Of a stretch of 61,280 bases of DNA, positions 45,204 through 60,516 are shown one piece after another. Source of the DNA: Candidatus Krumholzibacteriota bacterium (GTDB taxonomy: Bacteria > Krumholzibacteriota > Krumholzibacteriia > Krumholzibacteriales > Krumholzibacteriaceae); contig DAOUUU010000003.1 of the NCBI GenBank assembly GCA_030667985.1, positions 1 through 61,280 on the forward strand. Reading direction: 5' to 3'. A program made the position numbers and the translations under genes. Position 1 is the stretch's first letter, and the number at the start of each line of letters is the position of its first letter. The notes beneath the pieces are model-generated. The model was not told the origin of the DNA, ran no database searches, and saw only the letters and a program-made list of their open reading frames with translations.

Positions 45204-46499
45204 ATGGATCGTCTTATACGTGCTATTACCGCTGCACTGATCGTCTTTATCGCGGCCGGCGTCTTGCCGCAGACCGTTTCAGCGATCGAGATGGAGGAGA
45301 GATCCTCTTCTAAAAGCCTCGACCTGATTGTGAACGGCGCCGGCATCAGTTTCGGAAACTCGAAGCGCGTCATAGGCCTGCGCTTCAATATCCGGGACGA
45401 ATGGGTCGAGAAGGTGACCGGCCTCAACTTCACATTCTGGAAGCCGGGCGAGAATCCCGACGCGGTAATGCGCGGCCTGCAATTCGGCATCTACGGACCA
45501 TCTGCGGACGAACTCCGCATCATCTCTGTGGGCATAGCGATGGTCCACGCCTATTCCCGAGTATCTGGAATCGCTGTCGCCGGAGGAGCCGTCGTCTCCG
45601 AGGGCAACATATACGGCATAGCCCTTAGCGGCTTCGCCAATGTCGCCGACGGAAAGATGTCCGGCGTTTCCATCAGCGGCCTCGCCAACGTCGCGACGGT
45701 CGACGTTACAGGCATCTCGATCGGGGGGCTCGCCAATGTATCCGAGGGACCCATGACCGGTATCTCGGCCGGAGGGCTCGCTAACGTCTCCCAAGGCGGC
45801 ATGAAAGGCATATCGATTGGCGGGCTTGCCAATGTATCCGAGGGGCCCATGATCGGTATCTCGGCCGGGGGGCTCGCGGCCGTCAGCCAGGAGGGCATGA
45901 GAGGAATCACGATCGGTGGCTTGGCGGCGGTAGCCGAGGGACAGATGATCGGCATCTCGGTCGGCGGGCTCGCGGCCGTAAGCAAGGAGGGCATGAGAGG
46001 AATCAATATCGGAGGGCTCGCCGTCATCACCGAAGGCCCCCTGTCGGGAATCACTGCCACTCTCGGGGGCGTGCAAGGCACCGATGTCGATGGGATCACG
46101 GCGGGCGTCATCGGCATCATCGGGTATCAGGGCGACGAAGACGGGGAGAGGGGGATATCATACACCGGCATCAAGGCTGAGAGCGCAAGATGGTTGACGG
46201 CCCATGGTATCGATATCGCCGTCGAGAACGCTCTCGATGGATTCGCCCTTAGCGGCATAAGAATCCAGGCCGGCTCGATTACCGGAGCCGCAGCCTCTCT
46301 TGTGGTCTTATCGGACGAGATGCGCGGATTCAGCGTAGGAGGCGTCAACTATTTCGATGGGCTGCAGGTCGGGCTCTCCATCGGCATATTCAACTATGCC
46401 GAGCGCCTCAGCGGATTCCAGATCGGCCTGGTCAATATAGCAAAGAACAACTCGAAGCCGTTCCAGGTACTTCCGATTCTTAACGCGCACTTCGATTGA
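45204..46499 (+). CDS. Secreted/surface repeat protein built of 16-residue G-I-S-x-G-G-L-A-N-V units
   Basis: Signal peptide MDRLIRAITAALIVFIAAGVLPQTVSA. About 11 tandem repeats. C-terminal GFQIGLVNIAKNN motif, similar from memory to Leptospira LA_2272-type surface repeat proteins. Confidence 0.7.
   Translation: MDRLIRAITAALIVFIAAGVLPQTVSAIEMEERSSSKSLDLIVNGAGISFGNSKRVIGLRFNIRDEWVEKVTGLNFTFWKPGENPDAVMRGLQFGIYGPSADELRIISVGIAMVHAYSRVSGIAVAGGAVVSEGNIYGIALSGFANVADGKMSGVSISGLANVATVDVTGISIGGLANVSEGPMTGISAGGLANVSQGGMKGISIGGLANVSEGPMIGISAGGLAAVSQEGMRGITIGGLAAVAEGQMIGISVGGLAAVSKEGMRGINIGGLAVITEGPLSGITATLGGVQGTDVDGITAGVIGIIGYQGDEDGERGISYTGIKAESARWLTAHGIDIAVENALDGFALSGIRIQAGSITGAAASLVVLSDEMRGFSVGGVNYFDGLQVGLSIGIFNYAERLSGFQIGLVNIAKNNSKPFQVLPILNAHFD
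45567..46100 (+). repeat. Tandem 48-nt (16-codon) coding repeat, about 11 copies
   Basis: GIAVAGGAVVSEGNIY / GIALSGFANVADGKMS / GVSISGLANVATVDVT / GISIGGLANVSEGPMT / GISAGGLANVSQGGMK / GISIGGLANVSEGPMI / GISAGGLAAVSQEGMR / GITIGGLAAVAEGQMI / GISVGGLAAVSKEGMR / GINIGGLAVITEGPLS ... Confidence 0.85.
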
Positions 46500-46741
46500 G
46501 CCATCGAGCATCGGTCGTTTTCATCATAATGCCGTTAGAACTGCTATGTTTTACACACATCAAGCTCTTTGCTCTTGACAATGGTTTACAGGCGGCTTTC
46601 TTATAGTGTTGAAGCGTAAGAAGCGGAAACGTCGAAAGCTTTCCTTGAACCCACAGCATCTCCGTCTTGTGTGATACCGGGGCCGAAGGCCCCAGGTTGT
46701 TCGGAGGAACGAGTCTCCTCCTTAAAAAGGGGTGGTTTGCG

Positions 46742-47887
46742 ATGGCGACCGGTGATCTGAAGAGGATGAAAAAGGCCGAATTGCTCAAGATGGCCCGGGC
46801 GATGAAGCTTGGCGTCAGGGGCGGCATGCTCAAGGCTGAGATCATCGCGGTAATCAAGAAGGGGCCGTTGGGCACGAAAAAGAAAAAACCTGCCAAATCA
46901 AAACCGAAGACCGGCAGGAAAAAGGCCGCTGCTCCCAAGGCCGGAGCAAAGAAAAAGGCCGCTCCGAAACGACGGCTCCTGGTTCAGGAAAAGCCGGCCG
47001 CGCGCGAGCACAGGCTCGAGGCCAAGACGATCCGCCAGAAGGCGGAAGCTGGCAAGTACTATCTTGGCGCCGAAGAGGCGGCGATGCCGCCCGTCGAGTC
47101 GCTCGATATCCCGGGCGGCTACGGAATCGACAGGATTGTCACGATGGTGCGCGATCCTCACTGGCTCTTCAGCTACTGGGAAGTAACGATCGGCAGGCTC
47201 GAGGGCCTCGAAAAGAAATTAGGGGACAATTGGCAGAAGTGCACAATGATCCTCCGTGTTTTCGACCTTACGGACGATTCCACCGGCCATTTCGACATCT
47301 CCCTGGCGCCCGACTCGCGAAACTGGTACATCAACGCCTCTCCCAACCGGCGCTACCAGATAGCTGTCGGCATCCTCACTCCGGACGGCAAATTCATCGA
47401 GATCGCCCGTTCCAATACGGTCGATACGCCGCGCGAGGGAGTCAGCGAAGTTGTTGACGACAGATGGATGATCCCCGAGGAGCTCTTCGATCTCATATTC
47501 GCCGCCTCCGGCGGCCACGACATACACGTAGCCTCGGCAGAACTCCGCGAACTGCTCGAACGCCGCCTGATCGAGGAGATCGGTTCCGGCGCGGTCTCTA
47601 GCTTCGGCAGCGGCCAGATCCGCGAGCTGGAGAAGCAGCGGGGCTTCCGCCTCTGGATCGCTACCGAATTGATCCTGTACGGAGCCACCGAGCCGGACGC
47701 ACGGCTCACCGTCCAGGGTAAGAAAGTGAAACTCAGAAGCGACGGCACCTTTTCAATGCGATTCGCCCTGCCTGACGGCGCAATCGATCTGCCGGTGACA
47801 TCCGTCTCGGCCGATTCGGCCGAGGAGCGCACAATAGAGACCAAGGTGAACCGAAAATCGAAGCGAAAGGATCCGGTGGTAAGATGA
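46742..47887 (+). CDS. Rho_N-domain / DUF4912 protein with Lys/Ala-rich basic linker
   Basis: LKRMKKAELLKMARAMKLGVRGGMLKAEIIAVIKK (Rho_N-like). KKKKPAKSKPKTGRKKAAAPKAGAKKKAAPKRR linker. DRIVTMVRDPHWLFSYWEV (DUF4912-like). Start set at the internal ATG. Confidence 0.7.
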   Translation: MATGDLKRMKKAELLKMARAMKLGVRGGMLKAEIIAVIKKGPLGTKKKKPAKSKPKTGRKKAAAPKAGAKKKAAPKRRLLVQEKPAAREHRLEAKTIRQKAEAGKYYLGAEEAAMPPVESLDIPGGYGIDRIVTMVRDPHWLFSYWEVTIGRLEGLEKKLGDNWQKCTMILRVFDLTDDSTGHFDISLAPDSRNWYINASPNRRYQIAVGILTPDGKFIEIARSNTVDTPREGVSEVVDDRWMIPEELFDLIFAASGGHDIHVASAELRELLERRLIEEIGSGAVSSFGSGQIRELEKQRGFRLWIATELILYGATEPDARLTVQGKKVKLRSDGTFSMRFALPDGAIDLPVTSVSADSAEERTIETKVNRKSKRKDPVVR

Positions 47888-49482
47888 CCGATCGCGAGCA
47901 GGGCTACTTCGCGCTCGTGCTGCACGCGCACCTGCCCTACGTCAGACACCCCGAGTACGATGCGTTCCTCGAGGAGGATTGGTTCTTCGAGGCTCTGACG
48001 GAGACCTACATACCGATCGTCGAGAACTTCGACCGGCTGATCGAGGAGGGAATCGATTTCCGGGTCACGATATCGCTCACGCCGACGCTGATCTCGATGA
48101 TGGCCGACCCCCTGCTCCAGTTCCGCTACTTAAGGCACCTGAACAAGCTGATCGATCTAGCGGGCCGGGAGATCGAACGGACGCGTTGGACTCCCGAATT
48201 CCACGAGCTTGCCCTGATGTACTACTGGAAGTTCACGCGCGCTCGTCAAATCTTTCTAGAGAGGTACAACAGCCAGCTCATCCCCGCATTCAAGCACTAC
48301 CAGGACATCGGCAAGATCGAGATCATAACCTGCGCCGCGACCCACGGCTTCCTGCCTCTGATCCTGAACAGGGACGCTGCCCGGGCTCAGATCGAGATCG
48401 CCGCGGCGCACTACGAGAGTCATCTGGGCCGCAGACCGCGCGGCATCTGGCTTCCCGAGTGCGGCTATGCCCCGGGCGTCGACGAGATCCTGAAAGATGC
48501 GGGCATACGCTACTTCTTCACCGATTCGCACGGGATCCTGTTCGGCTCGCCCCGGCCGCGCAACGGGATCTTCGCTCCGGTCTACTGCCCTTCCGCTGTC
48601 GCCGCGTTCGGCCGCGACCTGGAATCGTCCAAGCAGGTCTGGAGCGCCCGCGAGGGCTATCCGGGCGACTACGAGTACCGTGAATTCTACCGGGATGTCG
48701 GATTCGATCTCGAGTATGACTACATCCGGCCCTACCTTCACGCCGACGGCAACCGCATCAATCTCGGGATCAAGTACCACCGTATCACCGGACCGGGCAA
48801 CAGCAAGGAAGCCTACCGGCCCACGCTGGCGCGCGAGCAATCGGCCGTACATGCGGGGAATTTCATGTTCAACCGGGAAAAACAGGTCGAGCACCTGCGC
48901 GGAATGCTCGGCATTAAACCGATCATCGTCTCACCCTACGACGCGGAGCTTTTCGGGCACTGGTGGTACGAGGGGCCCGACTGGATAGATTTCCTGCTTC
49001 GGAAGCTGCACTTCGATCAGGATACTATACGCCCGATCACACCGAGCGAATACCTCCAGGAACATCCCAAACTCCAGGTGCTCACTCCCTCGATGTCCTC
49101 CTGGGGACACAAGGGCTACAGCGAGGTCTGGCTCGAGGGGAGCAACGACTGGATCTATCCCCACCTCCACATGATGGCGGACCGCATGGTCGAACTGGCC
49201 GGCCGGGCACCCGACGCAACGGGCCTGGCCCTCCGCGCCCTGAATCAGGCCGCCAGGGAGCTGCTGCTCGCGCAGAGCAGCGACTGGGCCTTCATAATGA
49301 AGACCGGCACAATGGTCGAGTACGCGCACAAGCGCACCAAGGAGCACATCAACAGATTCAACCGGCTTTACGACGATATCACAAAGGGCAAGATCAACGA
49401 GCAGTGGCTCGGCGAGATCGAGCACCGCGATAACATATTCCCCGATATTGACTACCGCGTTTACAGCCGAAAGCTGTTATAA
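47884..49482 (+). CDS. GH57-family 1,4-alpha-glucan branching enzyme
   Basis: GYFALVLHAHLPYVRHPE N-terminus, WLPECGY, FGHWWYEGP (GH57 / DUF1957 pattern). The start overlaps the upstream stop (ATGA). Confidence 0.8.
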   Translation: MTDREQGYFALVLHAHLPYVRHPEYDAFLEEDWFFEALTETYIPIVENFDRLIEEGIDFRVTISLTPTLISMMADPLLQFRYLRHLNKLIDLAGREIERTRWTPEFHELALMYYWKFTRARQIFLERYNSQLIPAFKHYQDIGKIEIITCAATHGFLPLILNRDAARAQIEIAAAHYESHLGRRPRGIWLPECGYAPGVDEILKDAGIRYFFTDSHGILFGSPRPRNGIFAPVYCPSAVAAFGRDLESSKQVWSAREGYPGDYEYREFYRDVGFDLEYDYIRPYLHADGNRINLGIKYHRITGPGNSKEAYRPTLAREQSAVHAGNFMFNREKQVEHLRGMLGIKPIIVSPYDAELFGHWWYEGPDWIDFLLRKLHFDQDTIRPITPSEYLQEHPKLQVLTPSMSSWGHKGYSEVWLEGSNDWIYPHLHMMADRMVELAGRAPDATGLALRALNQAARELLLAQSSDWAFIMKTGTMVEYAHKRTKEHINRFNRLYDDITKGKINEQWLGEIEHRDNIFPDIDYRVYSRKLL

Positions 49483-49489
49483 TAGCCAC

Positions 49490-54024
<4,535 letters not shown>

Positions 54025-54031
54025 CGGGCGG

Positions 54032-54199
54032 CTACGCCTTCAGCGTGAGCGGCACGCCACAGCATTCGAATCCGCACGGATCCGCGCAGCAGGTCTTATC
54101 ATCAGAGCACTCGGTGCACTCCCTGACGATCTCCAGCTCGATCCCGCACGAGGGACAGGTGTAGACCTGCCCGAATTTCATCTCATGACAACCGGCCAT
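54032..54199 (-). CDS. Small Cys-rich protein, desulforedoxin-like (10 Cys in 55 aa)
   Basis: MAGCHEMKFGQVYTCPSCGIELEIVRECTECSDDKTCCADPCGFECCGVPLTLKA. RBS GAGGAGG lies 6 nt upstream of this ATG. GQVYxCxxCG...CCG resembles desulforedoxin (GDVYKCELCG...VCCG). Confidence 0.55.
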   Translation of the reverse strand: MAGCHEMKFGQVYTCPSCGIELEIVRECTECSDDKTCCADPCGFECCGVPLTLKA

Positions 54200-54274
54200 T
54201 GCATTCCTCCTCATATCTGAAGATGGAGCCGATATCCAAATACTCCTCGAACAAAATTAAATTATCCTCAAAAA

Positions 54275-54829
54275 TCAGTAGTTCACACGTCTCATATCGA
54301 CCCTGCCGGGCCTTATGAACTCGACCCCCTCGCCCCTCAGCAACGCCTCCTTCATAGGCAGGCCGCCCCCGAATCCACCAAGATCGCCGTTCGCGCGGAT
54401 CGCCCTGTGGCATGGCACGATTATCGGAAACGGATTCTGCGCGAGTGCCGTTCCGACGGCCCTCGCAGCGCCTGGATGGCCGATTTTCGCGGCTACACGA
54501 CCGTAGGTGCTGACCCTCCCGCGCGGTATACGATACTCTGCCAGGTAGACTCGCCGCCTGAAATCGGCGCAGAGCTCCAGGGCGCAGAGCTTGAGATCGA
54601 GCTCGACATTCTCGCCGCTCAGAAACCGTATCATATCGCTCCGGAGCGAACCTATCAGGCCGTTAGAACCTGGGCGCAGCCCGGGAAATCCGCCCAGGGG
54701 CAGCTTCTCCTCCCGAGCGAGGAAAATGCGCCTGACGGGCGGCAGGCCGTCACCATCGCCCCAGATCAAAGTTATATCTCCGAAGGCATAAGGGATCTCG
54801 ATGCTTCTGTATTCGGTTCGTTTATTCAT
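54275..54829 (-). CDS. ogt: Methylated-DNA--protein-cysteine methyltransferase
   Basis: Active-site IIVPCHRAI and GDLGGFGGG. Confidence 0.85.
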   Translation of the reverse strand: MNKRTEYRSIEIPYAFGDITLIWGDGDGLPPVRRIFLAREEKLPLGGFPGLRPGSNGLIGSLRSDMIRFLSGENVELDLKLCALELCADFRRRVYLAEYRIPRGRVSTYGRVAAKIGHPGAARAVGTALAQNPFPIIVPCHRAIRANGDLGGFGGGLPMKEALLRGEGVEFIRPGRVDMRRVNY

Positions 54830-54845
54830 GATGCCGATACTACAG

Positions 54846-54875
54846 AAAAAGCCCCTTCTATTGAAGGGGCTTTTT
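54846..54875 (-). terminator. Intrinsic terminator after gdhA (symmetric A-run / T-run)
   Basis: gcccctt (54851-57) pairs with aaggggc (54864-70) around a 6-nt loop. It is flanked by AAAAA and TTTTT. Confidence 0.65.
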
Positions 54876-54925
54876 GCTCCATCATCGATGGGACTCCGCC
54901 TGAACCCCCTGAAATAATGGTAACC

Positions 54926-56404
<1,479 letters not shown>

Positions 56405-56554
56405 TCATTTCTGAAAATATCAAATAATATTAAAGCAGGTTTTCCGGCATAGCGTAAAACGCGTTGAAAAAACGGTCGGTTCCGTTTATATTTATGGGCG
56501 CTTGACTTGAATCCGTCGAAGTTAGTTCCCCTATCAACAAACCGAGGTGGTTTC

Positions 56555-57673
56555 ATGATTATCGGTGTCCCAAAAGAGATCAAAAATCACGAGTACCGTG
56601 TCTCTCTGCTCCCCGTCGGCGCAGAGATGCTGCGCAAGCAGCGCCACAGGGTCCTCGTCCAGAAGGGAGCAGGCTCGGGAAGCGGGATTTCCGACGCCGA
56701 GTACCGCGCCGCAGGAGCAACGATCGTCTCCAGCGCCAAGGATATCTTCCGCAGATCGGATATGATCATCAAGGTCAAGGAGCCCCAGCCGGTCGAGATC
56801 AAGATGATCCGCAAGGATCAAATCGTCTTTACCTATTTCCACTTCGCAGCGAACCGATCACTCACGGACGGCATGCTTCGGACCAAAGCGGTCTCCATCG
56901 CCTATGAGACGATGGAAGAGAAGGACGGCACGCTGCCGCTCCTGACCCCGATGAGCGAGGTCGCCGGCCGCATGGCGGTCCAGGAGGGAGCCAAGTACCT
57001 GGAGCGCCCGATGGAGGGCCGCGGCATACTCCTGGGCGGCGTACCCGGTGTCGAGCCGGCCAACGTCGTCATCCTGGGCGGCGGCATCGTCGGCATCAAC
57101 TCGGCCAAGATGGCCGCTGGCCTCGGCGCCAAGGTGACGATCCTCGATATCGATCTCGAACGCATGCGCTATCTGGACGACGTACTTCCGGCGAACGTGG
57201 CTACGCTCATGTCCAACTCGGAGAACATCAGCAAGATGATCGCCGAGGCGGATCTGTTGATCGGCGCCGTGTTGATCAAGGGAGCCAAGGCGCCCCGTCT
57301 CGTGACCAAGGGAATGCTCCGCATGATGAAGAATGGCTCTGTCATCGTCGACGTCGCCGTCGATCAGGGAGGCTGCATAGAGACGATCAAGCCGACGACT
57401 CATACGAAGCCGACCTACATCATCAACGGCGTCGTTCACTACGCCGTCGCCAACATGCCGGGAGCGGTCGCCCGCACTTCGACTTATGCTTTGACTAACG
57501 CGACCCTTCCCTACGCGATCGAGATCGCGAACAAGGGATACGTGAAGGCCGCCAGAAAGAGCAAGGTGGTCTGGACCGGCATCAACACGCTCGAGGGCAA
57601 GCTTACCGACGACGCCGTAGCGCGCGCATTCAGGATGAAGTACACGCCGCTCGAGACCATGATCAGGCGGTAA
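56555..57673 (+). CDS. ald: Alanine dehydrogenase
   Basis: MIIGVPKEIKNHEYRV N-terminus, GGGIVGINSAKMAAGLGA Rossmann motif. RBS GAGGTGG. Confidence 0.92.
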   Translation: MIIGVPKEIKNHEYRVSLLPVGAEMLRKQRHRVLVQKGAGSGSGISDAEYRAAGATIVSSAKDIFRRSDMIIKVKEPQPVEIKMIRKDQIVFTYFHFAANRSLTDGMLRTKAVSIAYETMEEKDGTLPLLTPMSEVAGRMAVQEGAKYLERPMEGRGILLGGVPGVEPANVVILGGGIVGINSAKMAAGLGAKVTILDIDLERMRYLDDVLPANVATLMSNSENISKMIAEADLLIGAVLIKGAKAPRLVTKGMLRMMKNGSVIVDVAVDQGGCIETIKPTTHTKPTYIINGVVHYAVANMPGAVARTSTYALTNATLPYAIEIANKGYVKAARKSKVVWTGINTLEGKLTDDAVARAFRMKYTPLETMIRR

Positions 57674-57702
57674 CCCGCATAGCTCGGATCACGTATATAC
57701 AC

Positions 57703-57741
57703 AAAAAGCCCCTGTTCCTCTCAACGGAACAGGGGCTTTTT
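57703..57741. terminator. Bidirectional intrinsic terminator between ald (+) and pdxJ (-)
   Basis: agcccctgttcc (57707-18) pairs with ggaacaggggct (57726-37), a 12-bp stem. It is flanked by AAAA and TTTTT. Confidence 0.8.
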
Positions 57742-57748
57742 CCGTCAT

Positions 57749-58468
57749 CTAGCGCTTTATCAGCTCCGCCATCTCCCGCACTGCTCGCTCTATACCTACG
57801 AATACCGCCCGCGAGATGATGCTGTGGCCTATGTTTAGCTCCTCGATCTCCGGAATTAGTACAATCGGTTGGACGTTGTGATAGGTGAGCCCGTGGCCGG
57901 CATGGACCCTCAGGCGGTACTTCTTCGCCGCCGTCGCCGAATCCCTGACCGCTCTCAGTGTATCCTCCTTCTCCGCGCCCTTCGCGTTGGCGTAAGCGCC
58001 CGTATGGATCTCGACGGCGTCGAATCCTAACCGCGCTGTCTCCTTGATCTGAGCGAAGTCCGGATTGACGAACGCGGCAATCTTCACTCCCCCCTGTTTG
58101 AGCGCGTTCACGACGCCGGAGATTCTGTCGCCTAGACGCAACAGGTCGAGTCCGCCCTCGGTCGTGACCTCCTCGCGGCGCTCAGGAACGAGCGTCACCG
58201 AATCGGGATGGAGCGCGAGCGCTATCTCCTGCATTTCGGAGGTCGCCGCCATTTCGAGGTTTACCATCGTCTGGACCATCTCCGACATCAGCCGGGCATC
58301 CCGGTTCTGTATGTGCCGCCTGTCCTCGCGGAGGTGGAACGTGATCTGGTCGGCCCCCCCCTGCTCGGCGAGCATCGCCGCCGTCACCGGGTCCGGCTCC
58401 GTTGTCTTCCTCGCCTCCCTGATCGTGGCGACATGATCGATGTTGACCCCAAGCCTTATTCGGTTCAA
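57749..58468 (-). CDS. pdxJ: Pyridoxine 5'-phosphate synthase
   Basis: [31 protein letters not shown]. Confidence 0.92.
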   Translation of the reverse strand: MNRIRLGVNIDHVATIREARKTTEPDPVTAAMLAEQGGADQITFHLREDRRHIQNRDARLMSEMVQTMVNLEMAATSEMQEIALALHPDSVTLVPERREEVTTEGGLDLLRLGDRISGVVNALKQGGVKIAAFVNPDFAQIKETARLGFDAVEIHTGAYANAKGAEKEDTLRAVRDSATAAKKYRLRVHAGHGLTYHNVQPIVLIPEIEELNIGHSIISRAVFVGIERAVREMAELIKR

Positions 58469-58485
58469 GTCAGCCCTCCTTCCGC

Positions 58486-59649
58486 CTATCGGCGATTTGC
58501 CTGCTCGGTGAGCATATCAGAAATCGTCACGAATTTCACGCCCGCTCTTTTCGCCTCTCCGATCATCCACTCGAGGTCCTCCAGGGTGCCGCTCTTCACG
58601 TGCACGATCCCTACTGCGTATCCCTTGCGCCGGGCGATCGAGATGATCTTTCCCATGTTCTCGCGGCGGTCTTCCCCCTTGTTGTCGATGAAGAGGTCGT
58701 TGCTGAGAGTCGCGACACGCACCTTCCTGGCAGCCTCCCTGACGGCCGAACGTTGCGTCGTCATACTGTCGATGAAGAAGAGCCCGTGCTTTTTGCAGAC
58801 TTTGAGCACGGCCTCCATGACACGCCCGTCCGCCGTCGCCCGGGAACCCATGTGGTTGTTCATGCCCTTTACATGGGGCGTCGTCTCGAGCGCTCCGCTC
58901 ACAGCCTTCTCTATCTCCTTATCGCTCATCTCGACTCGTATCAGCGGAATCTCCCCGCCGTCATAGCTTCCCCTCTCCGGCTCCATCGGCAGGTGGCAGA
59001 GTATCTCCTTTCCCGCTTCGGCGGCCGCTTCGCATATCTTCTTTGAATGCTTCAGCCCCGGAATCACCGTCACGGTGATCGGTATATCGAGCGAGAGGAA
59101 ATCCCTGACGAGCTGATTGTAGAAATAGCCGAAATCGTCGACGATGATCGAGAGTCTGGGCTGCTCCCGGTCGACCGGCGGCTTTTGAACCCTTCGTTTC
59201 TTTACTATACATGTGTGAGTCGTATGCCGCCTCGTCCCGATCTCCATCTCGATGACCCTGCCGCCGGAGCTTTCAGAGCAGGAGCGTACCCTTCCCCCTC
59301 CTGCCACAATAGCCTCCGTTATGAGGCTGTTCACCTCGAATAGCGAGATGTCCTGAGGGGCGGATGCTGTCACGACTGCTATGCGGCCATCTTCGCCGGG
59401 AGCCTTCTTGGTCTCTATTATTACACTTTTACGTTCGACGCCGGCCATGAGCAACGCGTGAACGATTCTACCATCCAGATCCCGCTGTACGATCTCGTAC
59501 TTTCCGCCGAAGCCCACATCGAGGAGCAGAGCCTCGCCCGCGGGCGACTGTATATAGCGGACGGCGCCTATGGAAAGTGCTATGAGTATGGCCAGCACGA
59601 CAACGATCGCCCCAGCTTTACCGGATTTTTTCGAGCGTTTTTTCGCCAT
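58486..59649 (-). CDS. Divergent polysaccharide deacetylase family protein (YibQ-like) with N-terminal anchor
   Basis: TM anchor [30 protein letters not shown]...TVTVIPG...CHLPMEP...MNNHMGS. Confidence 0.75.
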   Translation of the reverse strand: MAKKRSKKSGKAGAIVVVLAILIALSIGAVRYIQSPAGEALLLDVGFGGKYEIVQRDLDGRIVHALLMAGVERKSVIIETKKAPGEDGRIAVVTASAPQDISLFEVNSLITEAIVAGGGRVRSCSESSGGRVIEMEIGTRRHTTHTCIVKKRRVQKPPVDREQPRLSIIVDDFGYFYNQLVRDFLSLDIPITVTVIPGLKHSKKICEAAAEAGKEILCHLPMEPERGSYDGGEIPLIRVEMSDKEIEKAVSGALETTPHVKGMNNHMGSRATADGRVMEAVLKVCKKHGLFFIDSMTTQRSAVREAARKVRVATLSNDLFIDNKGEDRRENMGKIISIARRKGYAVGIVHVKSGTLEDLEWMIGEAKRAGVKFVTISDMLTEQANRR

Positions 59650-59701
59650 TATTCTATCCGCGGTTTTTCTTCATCAAGTCAATAGGACAAAAGGTAGAAG
59701 A

Positions 59702-59731
59702 ACTATATGCAGCATGCAGGTGAGATGTCAA
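59702..59731 (-). promoter_or_regulatory. Candidate sigma-70-type promoter for the yibQ-like/pdxJ unit
   Basis: Minus strand TTGACA-18 nt-TATAGT, about 50 nt upstream of the ATG at 59649. Confidence 0.35.
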
Positions 59732-59813
59732 GGGTAGGGCGCAGGGAGGTAAGCACATCCAATCAATCGCATGTGTCATGCGAATACTATCATTATACAA
59801 TAAAAATTACAGA

Positions 59814-60418
59814 TTATTCCCGCACATCCATTGCGAAGGCGATCCGGTAGGTTGTGACATCGCCTTCTTGGACAGGGACGACATAGAAAACGACTTTATC
59901 GTCACCCAATATGGTATCGACCCCTATATAAATCTTAATATAGTAACCGCGCTCTGTTACCCAACAATCCTCACACGGCTCATCCCAGAGGGAATCCGCG
60001 CTGATTCAGATGCCGTCACGGATCTCTAGTTGCAGCTTATCAATTAACGGGTGCTCTAGCTTCGTAGGTGTGCCCATGGCAGCTAGGAACATATTTCCAG
60101 TCCTCGTGATGTCCGCTACTCTGTCCAAGTATTCTTCACCGGGACCGATTACATCTTCTTCCTGAAAATACCAGTAGTACTCCTTCCCATATACGCCGTC
60201 ACTGGTGTTAAGGAGCAGCCTGGAATATTCAGTTATGTTCAGTTCATCGTAGGATAGAACTAGATTGTAGATGAGGTTCTCGGGTGAAGTAAGGGCTCTG
60301 AATTCGGCCGTGTCTTCCGCCGGGCGGCCGGGGTGCCATCTTCGCTGCATCCGGCCGTCAGTAGCGCCGCCGCGAGCAGAGCTACGCAAACATACGCATT
60401 GCGATTTAATGTACGCAT
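59814..60418 (-). pseudogene. Decayed paralogue of the 60517-61128 lipoprotein gene (frameshift plus in-frame TGA)
   Basis: Signal/lipobox MRTLNRNAYVCVALLAAALLTAGC lies in one frame. The homologous body (SPENLIYNLVLSY...) lies in another, with the shift near 60312-60345. A TGA at 60006-60008 interrupts the body, and homology continues in frame to the TAA at 59814 (ISADSLWDEPCEDCWVTERGYYI...TTYRIAFAMDVRE). Confidence 0.7.
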
Positions 60419-60472
60419 CTCAACCCCTCTCGTTTTTACAGAGGAACCGTCTGGAGCCGCTTTTAATATAAT

Positions 60473-60503
60473 AAAAAAAGGTCCTCCGTTCAACCGGAGG
60501 CCC
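60473..60503 (-). terminator. Intrinsic terminator after the 60517-61128 gene
   Basis: Minus-strand GGGCCUCCG-loop-CGGAGGACC followed by UUUUUUU. Confidence 0.65.
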
Positions 60504-60516
60504 TAAATATTCAGTA

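Noticed and set aside
45279-46120. Minus-strand ORFs of 265 aa and 189 aa across the repeat gene, and the possibility that the 48-nt periodic repeats form a CRISPR-like array.
   Set aside because: The periodicity is exactly 16 codons inside one long signal-peptide-bearing ORF. There are no unique spacers between the repeats, and the antisense ORFs are by-products of the repeat.
46575-46607. TTGACA ... TATAGT pair upstream of the Rho_N/DUF4912 gene.
   Set aside because: The spacer is 21 nt, too long for a standard sigma-70 promoter. I did not call it, although some promoter must lie in 46500-46741.
60006-60008. TGA read as Trp (alternative genetic code) or as selenocysteine, since it aligns with Trp in the paralogue.
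   Set aside because: TGA clearly serves as a normal stop for many conserved genes in this window, including priA, the kinase at 4193 and the ATGA-coupled genes. The same gene also carries a frameshift, and I saw no SECIS-like hairpin immediately downstream. A nonsense mutation or a sequencing error is simpler.
59778-60029. 83-aa plus-strand ORF.
   Set aside because: It is antisense to the still clearly homologous C-terminal part of the decayed lipoprotein paralogue.
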